Source of the DNA: Verrucomicrobiota bacterium
GTDB lineage: Bacteria > Verrucomicrobiota > Verrucomicrobiia > Limisphaerales > CAIQOK01
DNA length: 35,835 bases
NCBI GenBank assembly: GCA_043781315.1
Contig: JAYWBR010000269.1
Location: forward strand, 1-35,835
Direction of reading: 5' to 3'
Part shown: one piece after another, positions 18,301-25,566 of the stretch
How positions within the stretch are numbered: position 1 is the first letter of the stretch
Layout: each line of letters starts with the position of its first letter
Program-made: the position numbers and the translations under genes
The notes under the pieces: generated by a model
Database searches by the model: none
Seen by the model: only the letters and a program-made list of their open reading frames with translations
Told to the model about the DNA's origin: nothing

Positions 18301-21300
18301 CATGTTGTCGCGGTCGAGCAGATAAATCGTCCCGCTCTTGCCGCCCGCCGCGAGCAGGCGCGGATGCGTGCCGTTGCCGACGGCGTCCGGCAGCAGCACC
18401 GCGCCGACTGAGCCAAGGTCGGTGTCGGCGGTGGCGAGCGCGGCCTGGTTGAAGGGTGTGAAATAATCCGCGACGGTCAGGCCGTTCGTCGTCGCCAGCT
18501 TCATCACCGTGTCGGAATAATCGCCGCCGTTCGTGTTCTGGCTGAAGCTGCCGTTGCCGGTGATGAAATATAAATTCGTGTTCGCGTCCACCACGAGGCC
18601 GTGACCGCCCTGCCAGACGCCGCCCTCCGCCGCGTGCGAACCGAACGCGGCGATGCTGGCGTTAGGCGTGGTGTTGTAAATGGAAACCTGCGCGAGGTTC
18701 GTGGCGTTGTAGCCGAAGAGCCAGCCGTGATACGGATCGGTGTCCGCGTAGCCGGCGTAAGCGATGTATAAAATTCCGCCCGCCAGCGTCAGCGCCGCGC
18801 GCTGGTTCGCCTGCTTGCCGTTGAACGTCATCACGCCGCCGCCGCTGTCCGTGCCGGTGCCGGGAACGGAACCGCTCACGATCACGGGACTATAACTGCG
18901 CTCCGTGCCGTTGGTGATGTTCAGCGCGTGGAGGCGATGGATGTAATTTGTCGAGACTCCGGCCACGACTTCGCGCGTGGCGACGTTGACGTAAAGCGTG
19001 CCGGTCGCGGGATCAATCACCGGCGTGCCGGTGATGCCAACCTCGGGAACGATGTCGGGAAAACACGTTCCGCAGTAACGCGCGCCGAACTCGCCATTCG
19101 CGCTCAAGGCCGCGATGCCGAGGTTGGTTTTCCAAAGCAAGCCGCCGTTCGCGCCTGCGCTGCTGTCGGCATCGAACGCATAGACCGTGTCGTGCTCGCT
19201 CGCGACATAAACGACGTTGCGCACGCCGACGCCGGGAATGTTCACGCCCGGCACAATCAACGGCTGCGTGTAGATGTAGCCGTCGGTGGTGTATTTGATG
19301 AGGCGGCCGAAATTGTTCGTGTTGACCTGCGATGGCGTGAGCAAAACCTCGTTGGTGTTCGCGCCGCTGCGGGCGTTGTCGTAGTGATACGTCAGCATCG
19401 AGACGACCGGCGCCGTCGGCAGCGTGGTGAACGACAGCGAAGGCTGCGCCCTCGCCGTGCCATCGGCGTTCACGGCGGCAGCGGCGAAATAATAAATTGT
19501 GTTCGTCACCAGTCCTTGCGCGGTGACAGAAAAACTGCCGCTCTGCGCGCCGAGATAAATGCTGTTCGCCCACGCGCCCGCGTTCGTGCCGCCGTCCGTC
19601 GTGCCGCCGTCCGTCGTGCCGCCGTCCGTCGTGCCGTAGTAAAGCGTGACGTTCGGCGTGCCGACGCCAACGGAGACAACCTGGCCGTTCAAAATCGCCG
19701 ACGCGCCCTGCACGTTGGCCGCCGGGGAAATTGTGACGATGGCTGGATTGCCCGCCGCCGTGGTGAACGAGCGTGACGGCTGCGCCCACGTTGCCCCGGC
19801 GGAGTTGGAGGCGAACGCGGCGAAATAATAAGTCGTGTTCGCCGTGAGGTTCGAGAGCGCGGTCGCGAACGCGCCGCCTTGCAGCCCGAGCGAAACATTG
19901 GTCGTCCACGCCGCCGGGTTCGTCCCGCCGTTGCTCGTGCCGTAATAAATTTTCACCGTCGGGAATTGTCCGCCCGTTGAAGTCACTTGACCGTTCAGCG
20001 TCGCCGTCGTGGCCAGCACGCTCGACGCGGCGAGGTTTGTGACGGCGGGCGGATTCGTCGCGCCGGCGGAGTAGTGCAGCAACACGGAGTTGCTGAGCGT
20101 GACGATGGAAAACACCGCCGAGTTCGCGGGCGTCGTGCCGGTCCAAACCGGCGCGGCGGCAAAACCGCCCGCGATGCTCGCGCCGCCGCCGGTGAGATTG
20201 AATAGCGTGTAGTCCGCCGCCTGATCCAGCGTCGCGCCGCACTTGATGCCGATGCTTGCGCCGCCGCCGGTCAGCACGCCGCCCGCGCCGTTCAAAACGA
20301 TCTGGTCATTCGCGCCGCCGGCCGTGCTGCTCAAATCAAATTGCGCTGAGGAACCGGATGCGAACGTCAGGTTGCCCGTGAACGTGTTTGTGCCGGTGCC
20401 GCCGTCCGTGCCCGCAAAAACTTTTCCGCCCGCCGCGATGCTGACCGCGCCGACGTTCACGCCGCCGCCCAAAAGATTTTGGCCCGCGCTCAAAGTGCAG
20501 CTGATGGCCGAAACATCAAACGTGCTGCCGCTGGTCACGATGATGTTGCTGCTGGCGAGCGAACCGCCGGTGCCCAGCGCGAGCGTGCCGCTGTTGACGA
20601 TGGTGTCGCCGGTGAATGTATTCGCGCCCGCGAGCGTGAGCGTGCCGCCCCCGATTTTCGTCAGGCCGCCGCTTGTGTTTGCCGTGAGCGTGGGCGTGTT
20701 CGCGGTCACACCAGTCCCACCGCCGCCGGTGAAAGTGACGGTCAATACATCGCCGTTGCCGTAGCCCGTGCCAAGGCTGGTGATGAGCAGGTTCGTGATG
20801 ACGCCGGTGAAAAAATTCACCTGCGCATTGGCCGTCGCGCCCACGCCACTGCCGCCAGAGATGGCGACGAACGGCGCGCCGATGTAATTCGATCCGCCGC
20901 TGGCGAGCGAAATTGCCGTCACGCCGTAACCCGCCGGGGCGAGCAACGGCTCGGCGATGGTGATGGCGACGCCGTTGTCATCAACGGTTGCGCCGCCGCT
21001 GAACACATTCACGGCGGTGACGGCGTTCGGGAAATAATTCGCATTGGCGACCGTGGCCTTGAGCGTGCCGCCGTTGAAATTGAAAAGCGTCGTGCCGATG
21101 GCGGGCGCGGGGTTCGCCACGCCGCCGATTTGCAGCGTGCCGCCGCTGTTGAGGTTGATGAGGCCCGACTGCAACGTGCTGCCGCTGCTGAACGGATTGT
21201 AGTTCGCCAGATACGTCGTGTTGTTCGGGCCGATGATGGTGCCGCCGTTATAAAGGTTCACCACGCCGATGCTCGCGCCGCTGCCGTTCCACATGAGGCC

Positions 21301-23160
21301 GATGGTGGAATTCGCCGCCGTGCCGGAAAGCGTCATCGTGCCGCCGGAAACATTCAGGACGCCAAGGCTGCCGACCCCGCGCGCGAGCGTGACGTAGCCG
21401 CTGGAAACATAATTGCCGCCGCTGATGTCCAGCACGCCGACGGAGCCGGCGAGGTCGCTGCCGACGCCGACTTCGTTCACCGTCAGGGTGCCGCCGGAAA
21501 GATTGTAGTAGCCGTAGCCGTTCGCCGCGCCGCCGAGCCGGAAGTCCGTGATGTTCGCCGCCTGCGCCTGCGTGAGCGCGCCGCCGCTTTGGAAGACCGC
21601 GCCGGGCGCGGTGGCGTTGCCGCCGATGGCGAGCGTGTAGGCGGTGAAGTTCGCGCCGGGCTGAATGTTGAGAATAGCGGGCGAACCCGCCGTGCTGCCG
21701 ACGGTCAGGGTGCTTGCCGCCGCCGCGCCGCCGCCGACGTTGGAGAGGGAAAGTGTGCCCGCCTTCACAAGGGTCGCGCCCGTGTAGGAATTATTTCCGC
21801 TCAACACCGCCGTGCCGGTTCCGGCCTTCGTCAAACCTTGCGTGCCCGCCAGCGGCGCGCTGATGCTGGCGGTGTTGTTGTTGACGGTGATGGTTGGCGA
21901 ACCCGCCGTGACCGCGAGTGTCAGCACGCTGCCGCCGCTGGCGTCGAGCGTCCAGTTCTGCGAACCGGACGTGTCGCCGAAAAGCAAATTGCCGAGGTTG
22001 CGTGACGTGTCGAGCGTGACGGTGCGGTCCGCCGTGATGTTGATGTAGCTGAAGTCGGCATTGGAACTCGTGCCGTTGGCAATGTTGCCGCCGCCCCAGT
22101 TCGCCGCCGCGCTCCACAACCCGCTCGCGTCATTGGTCCAGGTGCCGAACGCAACGGCGGTCGAAGTGATGACGACGAGGCTGCCGTTCAGCGCGAGGTT
22201 GTTGCTCCAGCCCATGCCGTTGTTGAGCGCGGGCAGATTCAGCGCGGTAAAATTTCCCATGTAGCTCGCCGCGTTGAACAGTTGAAACGAGTCGCCGATC
22301 TGCAACGCCGGGCCGGCGTTGTTCACCGTCAGCGTGCCGCCTTCGGTGAGCGTGGTGACGCCGATGATGAGCGACGCGGTCGGCGCGTTGGTGCGGTTGA
22401 CGAGCATGACGACCGTGCCGCCCGCGAGCGTGAGCGAGTTGCTGATGGCGAGCGTGGCGAGGTTCGCGCCCGTGCCGGGCTGCAACGTGCCGGCCGTATT
22501 GGTGACGGGCGTGAGAAAAAATCCGCTGCCGCCGAGCGTGCCGGCGGTGATGTTCACGGGGCTGTTCGCGAACGTGCCGTTCACGAGCAACGTGCCGCCG
22601 TTCACAGTCGTGAGACCGGAGTGGGAATTGCTGGCCGTGAGCGTGAGCGTGCCGAAACCGCCGGTGGTGGTGAATCCGCCCGTGCCGCTGATGGTGGAGC
22701 TGACGGTGAGCGAGTTGTTCGCCTCGCCCGCCGCAATGCCCGCGCGCAAAATCGCCGTGCCGTTCAGCGACATCGTGCCCGCGAGCGTGCCGGTCGTGCC
22801 GCCGTTCGGCTGCGTGAGTTCCACGGCGGCGTTGTTGCTGACGACGAGATTACTGACGGTGACCGTGGCGATGGTTTTGATGCGCAGCGTGCCGCCGACC
22901 TGCAGCGAGTCGCCGGCGAAGGTGACGGGAGTGTTCGCGGTCGGCGTGCGAAGGAGGAAGGTGAGCGTCTGGTAGGTGTTGCCGCCAATGGGTGCCGCAC
23001 CGCCGACCCAGTGCAGGCCGGTGTTAAAACTCGTCGCGCCGCCGGCGTCGCTGGCGTTCAGCGCGATGGTCGCGGCGTGCAACGGCAATGCGTGAATGAT
23101 CAACAGGCCGACGGCGACAGCGGCGGGTTTTTTCACAAAGCCAAATTTCAGAAAAAACAT
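15325..23160 (-). CDS. Giant exported multidomain protein: passenger-associated beta-strand repeats, two Fn3-like repeats, PQQ-type beta-propeller, Fn3-like, PA14, Ig-like, SO2930-like diheme cytochrome c, Fn3-like, C-terminal domain
   Basis: Signal peptide ending LHA|A. Passenger repeats '[22 protein letters not shown]' and '[22 protein letters not shown]'. Propeller at ~17860-19400, '[13 protein letters not shown]', PA14 'FTARWTG...[18 protein letters not shown]', CLTCH (16294-16308), CAQCH (16051-16065), ending 'RRFYRV'. Start moved from 23238 to ATG 23160. Confidence 0.88.
   Translation of the reverse strand: [2611 protein letters not shown]
19584..19636. repeat. Perfect 15-bp tandem repeat (about 3.5 copies of TCGTGCCGCCGTCCG) inside the giant gene
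   Basis: Units at 19584, 19599, 19614 and a partial unit at 19629. Encodes (GTTDG)x3 in frame. Confidence 0.9.
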
Positions 23161-23423
23161 TTTCTTTGTATTATTAGGTGCCGGATCGTCCGGCCCGTAA
23201 CGGTTTTGTAACCGTCGGACAGGTTCATTATCGGACATCGGTTCACGCGGTGTAGCGCGGCAGGATTGTTGTAGAAATGAACAGCTTCAGGATGGCAGGT
23301 TTTACCTGCCGAGGCAAGATTTCTTCCGGTTGGGAGAGTGCAAATTCGGAGAGGCCAGTGTGGCTTCGAGCAGGCTATTCATTGGGGTGGATAGGGCAAA
23401 AATGGGTCTGTGCCGATCAGCGT

Positions 23424-24815
23424 TTATTCGCCGAAGATGAAAATTTCCTGAACGGTAACGCTCCGGGTGAACCCGGGCTGAAAGGCTTTCGCGCGCAGAA
23501 TCGTCGGGCTGTTCAGTTGGATTGGCTTTTCGTAAAGCGAGTCCGCCGTCGTTGGCACCGTGCCGTCCAAAGTGTAGCGAATGGTTGCGCCCGGTTCGGT
23601 TTTCAAAACAACTTCCACCGGCTGACGATAATTTCCGCCGCGCGGGGACATTTCCGGCGGCGGCAAGACGGGCGGGCCGGGCAGGCTTTCAATCCACTGT
23701 CGCAACAAATCCATTCCATGCACGTCAACGGTGTTGTGCGCGAGCGGCGGCATCTTGAACGGTTCCACGGTATTGGCCCGGACGTACAGCAGCGAACGCC
23801 AGCGGTCGTTGGGCGCGATGATGTGCGGATTGTCAATCCGCTGGTCAATCAGCACGCGGCCGCCGATCAAGTTTTGCCGGGCCAACGGCGTGTCGTAGCG
23901 CGCATCGAAGTAGGCGACCGTGCCGCGCGGGCGATGACAATGCGCGCAGTTCGCGTCGAGGTAGGAGCGCGCGCGGTCTTCCAGGGTGCGGGTGGGGTCG
24001 TCGGCCCGGGCGAGCGTGGGGAGATTTTTCAAATTCGCGCCATCCAGGTTTGTGTCGAACAAGCCGAGGTGATTCCAGACGCGCAATTCGTTGCCGGTCG
24101 CGCCGGAGGGAAAGGTGAAATCGTGGTTCAACTGCCGCGTCTTGACGCCGAGGACCAGCCCGGCATTGGCCGTGTGGCAGGCGAGGCAATCCTGACGGCT
24201 CGGATAATACCATTGCTGCGTCCGCACGCCGGTCGCGGTTTCGATGGCGATGGCTTCGGTCAGGTTCGTCTCCAGCAAATCGGCGTCGCGATTGTCGGGG
24301 CGCCATTTGTAAGTGACGCCGTACACGCCGCCGTCCGCGTCGCAGACCAACAGGCGGGTTTCCAGGCGGCGTTTGAGGTCGGGATGGATTTCGTTGGTCG
24401 CCAGTTCAAACTGTTTAACGAACACCGTGCCGGGCGGGAAGATCCATTCGCCGGTGGCGGCAAATTTGATTTTCCCGGCCGGCAGGGAAATCCAGCGCTG
24501 CTTGTCCGCGCCGTCAGACCAGAAGGGAACGATGAGGTCGTACGGAATCAGGGTCGAGGCCGGCACGAGACGCAAAGTGTCTTGGAACGCGCCGGTCTGG
24601 GAGAGCAAGCGTGGAAAGGTGTTGGTGGCGCGAGCGGGCATTTGCAAAAACGCTTTCGCCGGTGGCCGGGTGGGCAGGCCGTAACGCGCGGCTGTTTTAT
24701 TTCCGGCGGTGCAGGACAGGAGAAACCAAATCAACGTGAACGAAACCGTGGCGGCGAGCCAATGTTTGCGCGGGTTCTTGAAGCGTCGCATTGCCGTGCG
24801 GAAGCCAGCCTTCAT
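23424..24815 (-). CDS. SO2930-like diheme c-type cytochrome with C-terminal Fn3-like (chitobiase C-terminal type) domain, probable lipoprotein
   Basis: Signal ending FLLS|C. Motifs 'LLSQTGAF', '[12 protein letters not shown]', '[11 protein letters not shown]', 'RRLETRLL', CLACH (24174-24188), CAHCH (23934-23948), 'KMPPLA' and '[11 protein letters not shown]'. Start at 24815 (ATGA-coupled) or 24791. Confidence 0.87.
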   Translation of the reverse strand: [463 protein letters not shown]

Positions 24816-25393
24816 TGCGGCGGCGCGGTGGGGTTGACGCTCTGTTCGAAGTTCCAGCGGACGGAGTTGGCGAGCTTGGTCGTGAACTTGCGGACGGTGC
24901 GCCGGAGATCGCCCACCGAGGTGTAAGTGTACTGGCCCATCGGAAATCCCTCCACGTTCACATAGTCGTAGAGCCTGGGTTTTGCACCGGGCGATTTCGG
25001 CAGATCGGTCAGGAAAACGAGGCCGAGGCAAATCGCGTCAGGTTGATTGGCCTCCACCAGGTTGGTGGCACGCTCGGCCACGACCGTGCCGGGGATCAGC
25101 CAGGACTTGTTCAACGGCTCGCGCATCAGGTTGGTGTAACCACTGTCAATCACCAGCCCGTCCGGCAACACTTTGAGAATTTTGCCGCAGAGGATGCGGC
25201 GGTTTTGGATGCAGGTCGCCCGCATGTCTTCCACGCGTTGGGCCAGGGCCAGACCGTAGTTGGTGTCGGCGTTGCTGGCAGGCACGGGTGAAGTGGCCGC
25301 GATGGCGAAGTGGTTGGTGGCCGCAGGCGGATTGGTTTGCGCCGGGCCGGTCAAGGCGGCGAAGCAAAGCATGGATGACAGTGCAAGTTTCAC
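24812..25393 (-). CDS. Hypothetical exported protein
   Basis: Signal-like N-terminus and Pro/Ala/Thr linker. Its stop overlaps the start of the diheme gene (ATGA). Confidence 0.75.
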   Translation of the reverse strand: MKLALSSMLCFAALTGPAQTNPPAATNHFAIAATSPVPASNADTNYGLALAQRVEDMRATCIQNRRILCGKILKVLPDGLVIDSGYTNLMREPLNKSWLIPGTVVAERATNLVEANQPDAICLGLVFLTDLPKSPGAKPRLYDYVNVEGFPMGQYTYTSVGDLRRTVRKFTTKLANSVRWNFEQSVNPTAPPQ

Positions 25394-25566
25394 AACGAGT
25401 CGGAATCGAATTGGTTTTAGGATTCCACGAGCGTGGAGTGAAAGCTACCACGAAACGAAGCCAAGCCGCACCAAAATCACCTCAGCGCTCCCCGGCAAGG
25501 AGAAGTTTCACCGGCGCGACTGGTGGGACTGTTTCGGTCGCGGATGGCTGCCTTTTGCGGGTGAGA

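Noticed and set aside
19060-19074. CGTCF as a third heme-binding site
   Set aside because: It lacks the His of CxxCH.
15325-23160. Classical type Va autotransporter
   Set aside because: There is no C-terminal ~300-aa beta-barrel or terminal aromatic residue. Only passenger-type repeats are present.
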